This document shows, piece after piece, positions 43,265 to 54,345 of a stretch of 64,000 bases of DNA (the first letter of the stretch is position 1; each line of letters starts with the position of its first letter). The notes below the pieces were generated by a model, which was not told where the DNA came from, ran no database searches, and saw only the letters and a program-made list of their open reading frames with translations. The translations under genes and the position numbers were made by a program. Source of the stretch: an uncultured Planctomycetota bacterium (GTDB taxonomy: Bacteria; Planctomycetota; Planctomycetia; Isosphaerales; Isosphaeraceae); assembly GCA_963845755.1 (NCBI GenBank), contig CAWJTV010000028.1, positions 256,001 to 320,000 on the forward strand, given 5' to 3'.

Positions 43265-45745
43265 TCAATGTCGGAACAAGAATTCCTTGGAGTTGACCAG
43301 CACCCAGCCCAGGTCCTCGATACCCTGACGGCGGTCCTTCGAGCCGCTGAGATGCTTCACGGCGGCCTCGAGCTCGCTGGCGCTGGGCTCACGGGAGAGC
43401 GCCACCAGGTAGAGTTCCTGCGTGATCTCCTGGGGCGTCTTGCTGCTCTTGGCAAGCTGGGCCATCCGGCCGCTCTCTTCGTGGAGCTTACCGTTGACCG
43501 TCGCTCCACCGATGAGCTGGAGGGCTTGAGAGAGATTGGATTCGCTTTCTCGCTCGCATTCACAGGCCAGCTCACGGGCAGGGCGTCCGAACGTCTTGAG
43601 GAACGGGTTCTCCATCTTGCCGTCCGGGATCTGGGTCGCGCGGGCGCCGGTGGGTAGGCCGTCGAACCGCGTCGTCGTCGCCGTGAGGGTTGAGATGGCG
43701 TCGAGCAAGACTTCCGCGGGCAGGAGCTTGGTCTGGGCATGGGAGAAGTAAAGGCCGTCGTCGACATTGAAGGAATTCGTCGTCGCGCTGAGCTGATAGG
43801 CTCGGCTCTGCAGAATGGTGCGGATCAACGACTTCAGGTGATAGCCGTTCTTGACGAAATCGGCGGTCAGGCCGTCGAGCAGCTCGTCGTTGGACGCCGG
43901 GTTCGAGTCGCGGAAGTCGTCGACGGGCTCGACGATCCCACGGCCGAGCAAGTGATACCAGATCCGGTTGACGAGGCTCTTGGCGAAGAAGGGATTCTGG
44001 GTCCCGGCGAGCCAGGATGCCAGGCGAACGCGGCGGTCCGGGGTCTGGGATGAATCGTCGAAAACCGGGCCGCCCAGGGCCTTCGGCTTCATCGTCTGGC
44101 CAGTGCGCGGCTGCCGAACGTCCCCCGCGCCGGACGGGTACACGATCTCTTCATCCGGCAGGCTCCCCTTCTTGCGGCCGATCTGCGAGAAGAAGGCGGC
44201 GAACCCATAATAGTCGTCCTGGGTCCACCGCTCGAACGGATGATTGTGGCACTTGGCGCACTGGATCCGGACCCCCAGGAAGAGTTGGGCGGTGGTCTCG
44301 ACGGCGCTCTCGGGGTCCCGGCTGATCCGGTAATAGTTCGCGGCCGGGTTCTTGTAGGTCGAGCCCTCCGACGTGAGCAATTCCCGGACGAACGCGTCCA
44401 TCGGTACGTCCCGCTCCAGGCACTCCCGGATCCAACGATGGAAGACATAAGCCCCCTTGGGCTCGATCAGCCGCCCGTTGGAACGAAGGATATCCGCGAA
44501 CTTGAGCGTCCAGAAGTCATAGAACTCGGGACGAGCCAGCAGTTCGTCGATCGCCTGTTGGCGACGCGTCTTCGCGGGCGCCTCCAGGAATCGCTTCACC
44601 TCCTCGGGCCTCGGCAGGACGCCGATCACGTCGAGAGAGGCCCGGCGAATGAACTCCCGGTCCGTACATAACTCGGAGGGACGGATCCGCATCCGGTTGA
44701 GCTTGGTGAAGACGGCGCGATCGATCACGTTGTTCTGGGGGACCTCGGCCTGGACGAAGCCCGGTACTTCCACCAGGTGGGTCAGACGGATATTGGCGAC
44801 CAGGTTGAGGTAATGGGCGATGATGGCAACCTCGCCCCGCGACTTGAATCGGACGTAACCCTCGGAGTTGACCTCGGCGATCTCGGGATTGGACGAATCG
44901 TAGTAGCAGATCGGTGTGACGTCGCGGACCTTCTGGTCGGCGTCGTGCACGAAGACGACGAGCTGCTGGGTCTCCGCGGGCGCCGTGAGGACCCGCGCTT
45001 CGGGCAAGATCGCCAATCGGACCGCCTTCGTGGCACCCGGGTCGTCTTTGGCCCCTTCCTGGATCCAGTCATGGAGGAACTCGAACGTCTTGGACGTCGC
45101 GCGAAGGCGCAGTCCCCCCTCGTGCGGCACCTGGCCGAGCGGCTTTCGGAGGATCAAGCTCGTGTCGGCCGCCAGGGGATTGATGCGACGCCCTCCCGCC
45201 TCGCGGGACAGGATCAGGAAGTCCTGGTCCGGCAAGTATCCGCGGAGGCTGAGCCGGAAGCCCCCTTTTCCCGTCGGCGTCCCGTGACAGGCACCCATAT
45301 TGCAGCCGGCCTGACTGAACGCGGGGATCACGTCGCGGCGAAAACTGACGGGCGCCGGGCGGTCCATGCCCTCGACGGTGATCGCGGCCTCAATCTCGCT
45401 GCTGCCCAGCCTGGCGACGATCCGTGCCCGACCATTGACCCGGGGGATCACCCGCCCCTTCGACGTGACCGAGGCGACGGCCGGATCGAGGCTCACCCAT
45501 TCGACGGAGCGCGTGGCGTCCCGGACCGAGGCGTCGGCGGCGCGGGCGGTCGCAATCAGTTGTTGCGTCGCACGCCGGCCGACCAGCCGGGCTTGTTGGG
45601 GCACAATGGTGATCGTGCCAAACGCGGGATCTGCCGTCAGGGCCGCCTCGCCGGCTCGGAGAGGATTCCCGATCGGGTGGTTACCGACCAGGAGAGCTGC
45701 GAACGTCAGCGTCAGGACGCACTGGCGAGGATTTCGAGCGTGCAT
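43265..45745 (-). CDS. DUF1549/DUF1553 domain protein with Ig-like domains and heme-like Cys motifs
   Basis: 'CNMGACHG', 'FIRRASLD', 'CAKCHNHP', 'VNRIW', 'FGRP..ACECER', 'SKEFLFRH'; GGAGG RBS. Confidence 0.92.
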   Translation of the reverse strand: MHARNPRQCVLTLTFAALLVGNHPIGNPLRAGEAALTADPAFGTITIVPQQARLVGRRATQQLIATARAADASVRDATRSVEWVSLDPAVASVTSKGRVIPRVNGRARIVARLGSSEIEAAITVEGMDRPAPVSFRRDVIPAFSQAGCNMGACHGTPTGKGGFRLSLRGYLPDQDFLILSREAGGRRINPLAADTSLILRKPLGQVPHEGGLRLRATSKTFEFLHDWIQEGAKDDPGATKAVRLAILPEARVLTAPAETQQLVVFVHDADQKVRDVTPICYYDSSNPEIAEVNSEGYVRFKSRGEVAIIAHYLNLVANIRLTHLVEVPGFVQAEVPQNNVIDRAVFTKLNRMRIRPSELCTDREFIRRASLDVIGVLPRPEEVKRFLEAPAKTRRQQAIDELLARPEFYDFWTLKFADILRSNGRLIEPKGAYVFHRWIRECLERDVPMDAFVRELLTSEGSTYKNPAANYYRISRDPESAVETTAQLFLGVRIQCAKCHNHPFERWTQDDYYGFAAFFSQIGRKKGSLPDEEIVYPSGAGDVRQPRTGQTMKPKALGGPVFDDSSQTPDRRVRLASWLAGTQNPFFAKSLVNRIWYHLLGRGIVEPVDDFRDSNPASNDELLDGLTADFVKNGYHLKSLIRTILQSRAYQLSATTNSFNVDDGLYFSHAQTKLLPAEVLLDAISTLTATTTRFDGLPTGARATQIPDGKMENPFLKTFGRPARELACECERESESNLSQALQLIGGATVNGKLHEESGRMAQLAKSSKTPQEITQELYLVALSREPSASELEAAVKHLSGSKDRRQGIEDLGWVLVNSKEFLFRH

Positions 45746-46247
45746 GGCCTGCACCTCCGTCCGTGCAAAGAGGAGGGTGGGTGTTCTCTGGAGGGAATCA
45801 CCGGAGACCGGACCGCTTCGGCGGGCATCCGGCAAGAGCTTCTCTATAGTATTCTTTCGCCACGATGGCGAAATTTTCAAGAAAAGTCAAACAATTTTCC
45901 GGGCGGCCGTCTTATGTTGGATATCGGCTCCTGGACTTGCGGGAAGCCGTGGAGCTTATACAATTAGAGTGTTCGCGCGCCGTTGGCCGGTTGTTCACCG
46001 AGGCGTGCCCTGTCTCGAACGCATGCCAGGATGTCTTTTCGCAATCCCATGGACGGCCGCGGATCGACTCCTGATGACCATGTCGGGAGCGGATTGAGAC
46101 ATCTTCAGGAAAAGTTGTGGTAGACTGAAGACGTTGGTTGCCATCGAGATTGCGGCCGCGCCCGAGGGTGCGGATGCCGATTCGCCGAGGGTTGAAATCT
46201 CAAGCTCGGAGGGAGTCGGAGAGCTGATTTCAAGGAGGAGATCTTCG

Positions 46248-46712
46248 ATGATGGGGCGAGTGGAAAACGGGTGGGCACGGTTCGGGATTCCGGGCCTGGC
46301 CCTGGGATTGGCGATCGCATGGGGGACGACTGGCATTCGAGGGGAGCAAGCCGCAGCCCAGCAGGCTCCGAGTGGCTCGGCTCGGCAAGCATCCCCGAAC
46401 GACGGAGGTCGTGGCCGCTCGGAGGCGACGAAATCGTCGTCGGCCCGGACGGTCGCCGCGAACGATACGGGGGGTACGCTGGCCCTCATCAGCAATACGA
46501 CCGGGGCGGTCCAGTGGCTCTACCTGGTCGATACCAAGCAGAAATCGTTTGCCATCTACCGCATCGACCCGACCAATCCCAAGGGGAGCCTCAAGCTCGA
46601 GGCATCGCGCAAGTATCGATGGGACCTGGAGCTGGATGAATACAACAACCATGGTCTGGAACCGTCTGCCGTCGAGGCGCGAGTCCGGACCATGACTCAT
46701 ACAACCCAGTAG
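46248..46712 (+). CDS. hypothetical secreted or membrane protein
   Basis: AAGGAGG RBS; N-terminal hydrophobic segment; 'LYLVDT...FAIY.ID...LKLEASR..WDL'. Confidence 0.75.
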   Translation: MMGRVENGWARFGIPGLALGLAIAWGTTGIRGEQAAAQQAPSGSARQASPNDGGRGRSEATKSSSARTVAANDTGGTLALISNTTGAVQWLYLVDTKQKSFAIYRIDPTNPKGSLKLEASRKYRWDLELDEYNNHGLEPSAVEARVRTMTHTTQ

Positions 46713-46813
46713 AAGAGGGGGACTTCCGGCGTGACGGGTCGGGGTCTTCCCTGCGAGAGAGTTGACTTCCAACGAATGCGACAGGGCTGATCACGATCGC
46801 GAGGAGCACGTCC

Positions 46814-48349
46814 ATGGCTCAGTTTTATACATTAGAAGAAGCTGCCCGGATCCTGGGCATGAGCGTTGAGGAACTCAAGTCCAAGGCCCAGGCGCGAGAG
46901 GTCCGCTCATTCCTCGACAGCGGATCGTTGCGTTTCCGCGTCGTCGATGTGGATGAATTGGCCCGCCGTCGCGGGCTCGGCAGCGATGCCGAACTGCGTC
47001 TCTCCGATCTGGAGGTCCCGACGACCGGGGGTGGCTCCAGTTCCGAAGAATTGGACCTCTCCGAGTTCCACCTGGGCGTGGCCAAGCCGGACCTGGGCGC
47101 GGAGACCATGCATGTAGGCAAGGCTTCGGGTTCGGCGTCCGAGGGCTCCTCGGAGCATGACATCCTGCTGGACGACTTGTCGTTACCGCCCAATCCGGTC
47201 ACCGGTTCCAGCTCGGTGATCATCGGCGTTTCGACGTCGGGCAAGCTTCCCACGGATTCGGATGTGCGCCTGGTGCCGGATAATGTCAGCGGATCCAGCG
47301 ACTCGGATGTGCGGCTGGCCCCTTCCGATTCGGGCCTCAGGCAACCGAGCGATTCCGACGTGACCCTGATCAAGGACGACACCGCCGATCACGGCATCCT
47401 CGGCTCGGGCAGCGGCAGCGACACCTCGGTGCGCTCCACCCCGTTCCTCGGCTCCTCGGCGGAGGTCCCGGCCAGCCAGTCCGACAGCGATTTCGACCTG
47501 AATCCCTCGAGCGAGTTGATCGACGCCCTCCAGCCGGACTCGGGAAGCGATTTTGAGTTGAGTGCGCTGGACGCCAGCGACGAGTTCGAGTCCACGCCGC
47601 TGAGCAAGGCGAGCGATTCCGACGTGACCGCCGCCGATCCCAATCTTTCCGGGATCAATCTGTCTCGACCGAGCGATTCGGGGATCAATCTCCAGGCCGC
47701 GAGCGGGCTGGGACTGGGTCAAGCCGACTCGATCGAGCTGGCTCCGCTGAGCGATGAGGACATCAAGTCGACTGGGCCGGCCCGGTCGTCCGCGCCCAAG
47801 AAGTCGCTGTCGGCCACCCCGCCGCCCGCCGTGAAGAAGGGCGAAAAGGACATCTTCGACGACACCGATTTCGAGGTCGACGTCCCCTTATCTGACGACG
47901 ATTCGGACGACAAGACCGTTCAGCTCGAGGCCGCCAGCGACTTCGAGCTGGAGGAGAGCGACAGTGGCTCCGAGGTCTTCGCCATCGACGAGGAAGCCGT
48001 TGACCAGAACGCGGCGACCGCGATGGCCCCGTCGGCATTCGCCGAGGATGACGAGGATGAGGAGGACGATGGGTTCGACGCCGCGGTGTCCAGCGAGATG
48101 ACCAGTGGCTGGTCGAGTGGCGATAGCACGAGCGTGGGTGGCGAACGGACCGCGCCCGCCGTGGTCCTCCAGCGCGATACCGAGGCGGAATGGAGCGGCT
48201 TGTGGGTCGGCCTGCTGGGCGTATCCACGGTCTTGCTGATGATCGTCTCGTTTATCTCCTACGACCTGATGCGCAACCTTTACGAATTCCGCGACGGCGG
48301 GCCGGGTGCCGGTCTGGTCAAAGCCATCGCCGGCCTGTTCGGAGGGTGA
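46814..48349 (+). CDS. N-terminal HTH protein with a long acidic Ser/Asp-repeat linker and C-terminal TM helix
   Basis: 'FYTLEEAARILGMS...LRFRVVDVDEL' (MerR/excisionase-like HTH); many SDSDxxL repeats; TM 'LWVGLLGVSTVLLMIVSFI'; GAGGAG RBS. Confidence 0.85.
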   Translation: MAQFYTLEEAARILGMSVEELKSKAQAREVRSFLDSGSLRFRVVDVDELARRRGLGSDAELRLSDLEVPTTGGGSSSEELDLSEFHLGVAKPDLGAETMHVGKASGSASEGSSEHDILLDDLSLPPNPVTGSSSVIIGVSTSGKLPTDSDVRLVPDNVSGSSDSDVRLAPSDSGLRQPSDSDVTLIKDDTADHGILGSGSGSDTSVRSTPFLGSSAEVPASQSDSDFDLNPSSELIDALQPDSGSDFELSALDASDEFESTPLSKASDSDVTAADPNLSGINLSRPSDSGINLQAASGLGLGQADSIELAPLSDEDIKSTGPARSSAPKKSLSATPPPAVKKGEKDIFDDTDFEVDVPLSDDDSDDKTVQLEAASDFELEESDSGSEVFAIDEEAVDQNAATAMAPSAFAEDDEDEEDDGFDAAVSSEMTSGWSSGDSTSVGGERTAPAVVLQRDTEAEWSGLWVGLLGVSTVLLMIVSFISYDLMRNLYEFRDGGPGAGLVKAIAGLFGG

Positions 48350-48556
48350 TTGTCGGTTCGCATCCTGGCGAGGCCCTCGGGCCTCGCCTCGACCGTTCTA
48401 GGATGCACGGGGACCGGTGTGGGTCGGCTCGACTCCACCGGCCCTGCGGCATCATTCACAGACGGTCTATCCGACACGTGAAGACCCGAGGACCGGATGG
48501 ATGGTCCGGATGGGACGAGATTTGAGAACGATCGGTCCCGAAAGGAGGCGGAACGG

Positions 48557-49078
48557 ATGGTTCATCCCTGCCACCACGTCCCGAGCTCTCGGATCCTCGT
48601 CCTGCTGCTTTTCGCTTCAACCCTCCTTCCCGGTTGCGGGATCGTTCCGCGTTCGCGCATGGACGAATGCCAGCAGCTTAGCCAACTCCTCCGAACCGAG
48701 AATGCACGCCTGAAGGACCGGGTGCTCGCTTTGCAGAGCCAGAACCGGGATTATGGCGATCGCGCGGTTGACGACCTGCGCCGACTGACGGCCCGGGACC
48801 GGGCGATCGCGCGGCTGGAACAGGACATCCAGGCCTATCAGGACGATCGGGAGCGTCTCGCCGCAGCCTATGAGCAACTGCGCGTCAGTCTGGGCCGACG
48901 ATCGGAGGACGACCGCACCGGCTCGGAGTCAGAACAGACCCGGAGAGCCACCACGCGCCGGCTTGGCGAGAAGTTGTCGTTGTCGAACGATTCGCATCGG
49001 ATACCGGTCTCGGGAAGGGATGATGAAGGGATGAGCCGACAACGATCGTCGGGACGGGACGATCAGACTGGCCCTTGA
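48557..49078 (+). CDS. hypothetical coiled-coil lipoprotein
   Basis: AAGGAGG RBS; lipobox 'LPGC'; heptad-rich helix. Confidence 0.75.
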   Translation: MVHPCHHVPSSRILVLLLFASTLLPGCGIVPRSRMDECQQLSQLLRTENARLKDRVLALQSQNRDYGDRAVDDLRRLTARDRAIARLEQDIQAYQDDRERLAAAYEQLRVSLGRRSEDDRTGSESEQTRRATTRRLGEKLSLSNDSHRIPVSGRDDEGMSRQRSSGRDDQTGP

Positions 49079-49163
49079 CTGAGGCCGGAATGCCCACCCA
49101 TAATCCAATGATTGTTGACCACGAAATTGAAACGTCGGTCTACTCGATTGGGAGCGAACTGAG

Positions 49164-49868
49164 ATGCGAATGTTAAGACCAGCGCTATGGTGCACGCTGC
49201 TGACCCTCGTTCCGGGCCTGGCGGTCGCGGCGGGTATTCGAGGCGATTACGTGGAGGCTCGGAACGCGGATGTCTTCACCGGACCCTGCTTCTCCAATTC
49301 CGAGGTTTTCACCTGCGGCAAGCAGGCCGTGATGGCCTGGAAAGTGAACGAAGGCTCCTGGCAGGGAGTGGATCTTGCCGGCTTGTGTGTCGCCGCCGCG
49401 GTGCAGGCGGACACGACCTTTTCGCTGGATCACCCCGACCGGGCCCAGGCCGTTCTGATCGTGGACTCGCAGGCGACCGAGCCGCAACGGCATGCGCTGA
49501 TCGATCTGGCCAAGACGATGGGCGGCGCCCGGCTGGGCCAGGTCAAGACGATCGCCATCACCCGGATGCGTCTGACCCTCGAGGACCACGGGACATCGGT
49601 GAACGAATCGGCCCACGCGGCGCACTCCATGCCCCACTCGCCGCGGGCTTCCTTCTGGGCCGCCGGGATCGCCCAGATCGTCACTCGCCCCCTGGACGAC
49701 CGCGACCATTTCTGCGGGAACGAAGTCATCGCGTATCCGCCGCTCTCCGAGGGCGTCTCCGTCCAGCCGGCCTTCACCCTGGGACATGAATTCAAGGGCA
49801 AGGGCCTCGATACCCGATGGGACGACCCATACTGCCGCAGCAGTTTCGTCGGTCGCTTCACCCGTTGA
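49164..49868 (+). CDS. secreted DUF1326-like protein
   Basis: Signal peptide; 'GDYVEARNADVFTGPCFSNSE', 'CGNE..AYPPL'. Confidence 0.75.
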   Translation: MRMLRPALWCTLLTLVPGLAVAAGIRGDYVEARNADVFTGPCFSNSEVFTCGKQAVMAWKVNEGSWQGVDLAGLCVAAAVQADTTFSLDHPDRAQAVLIVDSQATEPQRHALIDLAKTMGGARLGQVKTIAITRMRLTLEDHGTSVNESAHAAHSMPHSPRASFWAAGIAQIVTRPLDDRDHFCGNEVIAYPPLSEGVSVQPAFTLGHEFKGKGLDTRWDDPYCRSSFVGRFTR

Positions 49869-50081
49869 TCATTGGGGCGAGGGGTGTCGGGGATCGTCGG
49901 AGACAAGACGTGCCCGTCGCTTTGCTGACACTCGACGCTCGGTGTCCGCGTCAGCCGGCAGAGAATTGATGATGGGGCATGGGGTGCCCGGCCTCATCGG
50001 AGGCAGGGCCCGCCCACGCTCTCCCGATCGCCACCCCAACCCTCCAGGCCCGAATTCTTCAGTCCCCGGGATGATTTCACG

Positions 50082-50769
50082 ATGAGACCGATCGTTCTCG
50101 CCTTGGTGTTTTGGGTCACAGGGAGCCGCTGCGCTGGCCCAGGACTCGATCAAGGTCGAGGCCCGCAAGCAGGCGCCTCCGTCCTCGCTGACGCCGGAGT
50201 TACAGGCCGCACTGACCGCCCAGAGCATCCTGATCCAGGATGGCGAGGGAAAAGCCGTCGGGGAGATCTGGCTCCGACAGGCGACTCCCAGCTCCGAGAA
50301 GCCATCTGGCCCCAAGGGAGCTATCCAGTTCCCGTTCCTCGCCGATGGTGAGCTGCTCGGCATCCTGGAATTCGCGACGGAAGGCCACGATTATCGGGAT
50401 CAGCCGATCACCAAGGGTGTCTACACGATGCGATACGGCTTGCAACCGGTCAACGGCGATCATCTGGGGGTCAGCGATTTCCGGGATTATGTGTTGCTCT
50501 TGCCCGCATCGAAGGACAAGGCATTGGCACCACCCACGCGCAAGCAATTGGAGCATCGGAGTGCCGAGGCGGCGGGGACGAGCCACCCCGCATCGTTCCT
50601 GTTATTGCTCGCGCCTCCGGAGAGGAAGTCCGAGCCCGCGGCGGTCCATGATGCGGCGAAGAACACCTGGAGCGTGGTTCTTCCGCTTCGCCTCCAGGTC
50701 AAGGGTCAGAATCCCCAGGTGATGACCTACCCGGTCCAGCTAGTGGTCGTGGGAGCCGCCGCGGCGTAA
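50082..50769 (+). CDS. hypothetical secreted protein (frameshift ~50128)
   Basis: 'MRPIVLALVF' start, continuing in the frame that ends '...DYRDQPITKGVYTMRYGLQPVNGDHLGVS...VVVGAAAA'. Confidence 0.7.
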
Positions 50770-50888
50770 GAGGCCGTCATGAGGGGCCCGATCGCCGAGA
50801 CGCCAAGGCGATGCCCAGTCTCATCTCTCCGGCGATGCTCGAGGAGCCGCGCCCCCTCCAGGAGTGATGGCCCCGGATTGAATCAAAC

Positions 50889-52380
50889 ATGATGCCCCTC
50901 TCCCTCCTGATCGCGCTGGTGCTCGCCTTCGGAATCGATTCCCCGAGGGCCGGGGTTCCTCCCTCGGATGTCGGCGTGCGGGTGCTGGAAACTTGCGGAG
51001 GGATCAGCATGGTCGCGGCCCTGGCGTTCGGCCTGGGCTTGTGGGTTGCCGCCCGGGTCTGGCAGACCGGGCTGGCCACCTCGCGCCTGCGACGGCGATA
51101 TGCGCTAGGAGTTCGGTTCCTGACGGGCGTCGCGCTGCTCGTGTACGGATGGATCATCCATTCGGTCGGGTGGTCTCGGTTGGTTCGCAGCAACTGGGGA
51201 CTGGGGGACTGGATCCTGCTCGACGACGTGCTGGTGTTCCTGCCGTATGTCGTGATCCAGGTCCTCATCTGGTGGGGCCTCTTCTTCGGCGAGCGGGCGC
51301 TTCAGATCCGGTCCGAGCGTGGGTCGGATGGCCGGCTGGGTCGCTACCTGATCCGCAGGGCCCGGCAATCGATCGGGCTGATCCTCCCGGTCGTGCTGTT
51401 GTACATCGTCCGGCGTGACGTCCTGGTGAGGATCTGGCCGCGGTGGGATGAGAGCGTGCTGGCCGAGCCGCTGGAGATCGTCATCCTCGGATCGTTAGTG
51501 CTGATGGCCTCGCCGCTGTTCGTCAGGCTGGCCTGGCCGACGCGACCCCTGGAGCCCGGGCCACTACGTCGCCGGCTGGAGCGCACCGCGGAGCGGGTCG
51601 GCTTCCGCTTCACCGACGTCCTCGTGTGGGATACCGGCCATTCGATGTTCAATGCCTGCGTTACCGGGGTCCTACCCCGATTTCGGTATGTCCTCCTGAC
51701 CGACGCCTTGATCGAGTCCATGACGCCCCTCGAGGTGGCGGCGGTCTTCGGCCACGAAATCGGGCACATCGCCCATCGCCACTTACTCTACTTCGGCTTC
51801 TTCTTCGCGGGGAGCCTGGGCGTGCTCTCACTCCTGGCCGAGGGCGTCGCTGCGAGCGACGCGTGGATGTCCCTATCGTCCACGCTGGCCCCGTTCAGTT
51901 CGAAGCTCCTGAGCGAGAAGGTCCTGAGCGAGACCATCCAGGCCGGCGCCCTGTTGAGCTTGCTGGGCTTGTACTTCTGGCTGGTCTTCGGTCATCTCTC
52001 GCGGCGCTCGAGCGCCAGGCCGACGTCTTCGGCAGCAAGGTCGTCTCCTGCGACCTGCCCGATTGTCCTCCGCACATCGACCGCGACAACGAATTGCTCC
52101 CCGCGCCGCCCGCGTCCAGGAGCCGTCGCTGTGTCCGGTCGGAATCCGGATCTTCGCCGATGCCCTGGCGAATGTGGCGCACTGGAACGGTATGGAATCC
52201 TCGCGGCATTCCTGGCGGCATGGCAGCATCGCCAGCCGGATCGCCTTTCTGGAGCGACTGGAGCAGAATCCCGCTCAAGAACTCCGCTTCCAGCGCGATG
52301 TGCGCCGACTCCGCGTGGCCGTGGGAATCGTACTCGCCCTGGCGATCCTGATCGAGGTATTCCGCCAATTCTCGCAGTAG
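50889..52380 (+). CDS. M48 (Ste24/HtpX-type) membrane metalloprotease (frameshift ~52008)
   Basis: Multiple TM helices, 'FNACVTG', HExxH 'HEIGH', 'ERQAD', 'HGSIASRI'. Confidence 0.9.
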
Positions 52381-52635
52381 TCACGAAGGACAACCTCGGA
52401 CATTCGCCGCGAACTTCGGCCTCGGGGCGACTGGATGGTCGGATGGTCTCACGGGCATGATTGGCTCTTTGAGCCTCCGAGGAGTTTTGTTATAGTGCGG
52501 CCCTTTCGCGGTGAGTGGTCGGTCGTCGGACCTGAGGAGTCGATCGGCAGGCCGTCTGGCCCGGGATTCGGAAGCGCGGGCCGAGGACGCAAGGACTTAA
52601 GGACTCAAGGACTCTTGAGCGACAGGGAGGTCGTC

Positions 52636-54267
52636 ATGCTCCGATGGCCGATTCGGCTGAAGCTCATGGTCGGCCTCAGCCTGGTCGTGGGGATGATGCT
52701 GATCTTGATGGGCGGCTCGATCTTCGGGCTGCACTCCTTTCACATCACCAACCTGACGCTGGGTGATCAGCTACGCGAGATCGGTGCGTCAACGGATCTC
52801 TTCGCCACCGTCTTGCGGCTGTATGAGCCGAGGGAGCATTCTACCGAGGCCGATGGCCGGGAGTTGAAGCGACGGGTGATGGATGCACGCGAGGCGCTCC
52901 AGGTGTATTTCAAGCACCTGAAGAGGAACACGACTCATGGCAATCGGGGCGGCAGCGGGCTCGATGAGTTGGGTCTCGCCCTCGTCATGGACGAGGATCT
53001 GACCGCGATCCTCAACGAGCTCGACCACGATCAGGAGCCCGTCGAGCCGCTATTCCCCGGGACGACGATTTACGTCCCCGATTTGCTGTCGAAGTTCAAG
53101 CCGGCCGCCGGCGTGAAATCCCGGATCGAACGGCTCCACGAGACGGTCAGCACGCTTGCCAAAAACTTACATCTGGATTTCTGGGACGTCTTGCAGATGT
53201 CGAAGGGCCAGTACCAGACGAGCCGTATCATCGTATGGTCGTCGGCGGTGATGGTGCTGGGGATGCTGTGCGGGCTGACGTCCTTGTTCCACCGCTGGGT
53301 GCTTACGCCGGTGCGGATGCTTCAGCGCGGCGTGCGACACGTCGCGCGCGGCTCCTTCGACTACAAGATCAACCTGAAGTCGGGCGACGAGATGCAGGAC
53401 CTTGGCGAGGCCTTCAACGACATGACGGCCAAGCTCAGCGTGACCTACGCCGACCTGGAGCGTCAGGTCCAGGAGCGCAGCCGTCAGCTCGTCCGCTCCG
53501 AACGGCTGGCGGGGGTCGGCTTCCTCGCCGCGGGCGTTGCGCACGAGATCAATAACCCGCTGGCCTCGATCGCGTTCTGCGCCGAGGCCCTCGACCATCG
53601 CCTCGAGCCGTACCTGAGTCGCTCGGAGAATCCCGATGACCGTGTCGTCGCGAATTATCTGAAGATGATCCAGGAGGAAGCGTTCCGATGTAAGAATATC
53701 ACCGAGCGGCTGCTGGATTTCTCCCGCTGCAACGACATCACCCGCGAACGGATCGATCTGGCGAGTCTGATCCAGGGTGTGGTCGAGATGATCCGGCATA
53801 TCGGCAAGTACCGCGGGAAGTCGATCATCTTCAACCCTCGCGAAGCCGTCATGGCGCACGTGGACGGCCAGGAGATCAAGCAGGTGGTGCTGAACCTGAT
53901 CGTCAATGCGCTGGAGTCCATGGACGCCCAGGGCACCTTGCGGATCGACGCCCGCTATCGCCAGGGGATGGCCGAGATCGTCTTCTCGGACGACGGTTGC
54001 GGCATGGAGCCCGAGATCCTGGAGAATATCTTCGAGCCCTTCTTCACCCGGCGCCGCGAGGGCAAGGGGACGGGCCTGGGCCTCTCGATCACGCACCGGA
54101 TCATCAGCCAGCACGACGGCGAGATCATGGCGTCCAGCCCGGGTACCGGACGGGGATCGACGTTCACGGTGCGGCTGCCACTCCTTCCCGCGGAACTTCC
54201 CGAGGAAGGCCGGCCAAGACCCAGGAACGCGAGCCGGCGCCACGTTGAGCCGGTGCCGGCTGCCTGA
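52636..54267 (+). CDS. HAMP-domain sensor histidine kinase
   Basis: Two TM helices, HAMP, H-box 'AHEINNPL', N-box, 'DDGCG', 'FEPFF', 'GTGLGL'. Confidence 0.95.
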   Translation: MLRWPIRLKLMVGLSLVVGMMLILMGGSIFGLHSFHITNLTLGDQLREIGASTDLFATVLRLYEPREHSTEADGRELKRRVMDAREALQVYFKHLKRNTTHGNRGGSGLDELGLALVMDEDLTAILNELDHDQEPVEPLFPGTTIYVPDLLSKFKPAAGVKSRIERLHETVSTLAKNLHLDFWDVLQMSKGQYQTSRIIVWSSAVMVLGMLCGLTSLFHRWVLTPVRMLQRGVRHVARGSFDYKINLKSGDEMQDLGEAFNDMTAKLSVTYADLERQVQERSRQLVRSERLAGVGFLAAGVAHEINNPLASIAFCAEALDHRLEPYLSRSENPDDRVVANYLKMIQEEAFRCKNITERLLDFSRCNDITRERIDLASLIQGVVEMIRHIGKYRGKSIIFNPREAVMAHVDGQEIKQVVLNLIVNALESMDAQGTLRIDARYRQGMAEIVFSDDGCGMEPEILENIFEPFFTRRREGKGTGLGLSITHRIISQHDGEIMASSPGTGRGSTFTVRLPLLPAELPEEGRPRPRNASRRHVEPVPAA

Positions 54268-54345
54268 TCGTGATTGGCTCGTCGGTCGATCCCGCGGCGG
54301 TCTCGCACAACAGCAAATCCGCAGAGAATAGGGAGGGCCCGTGAC

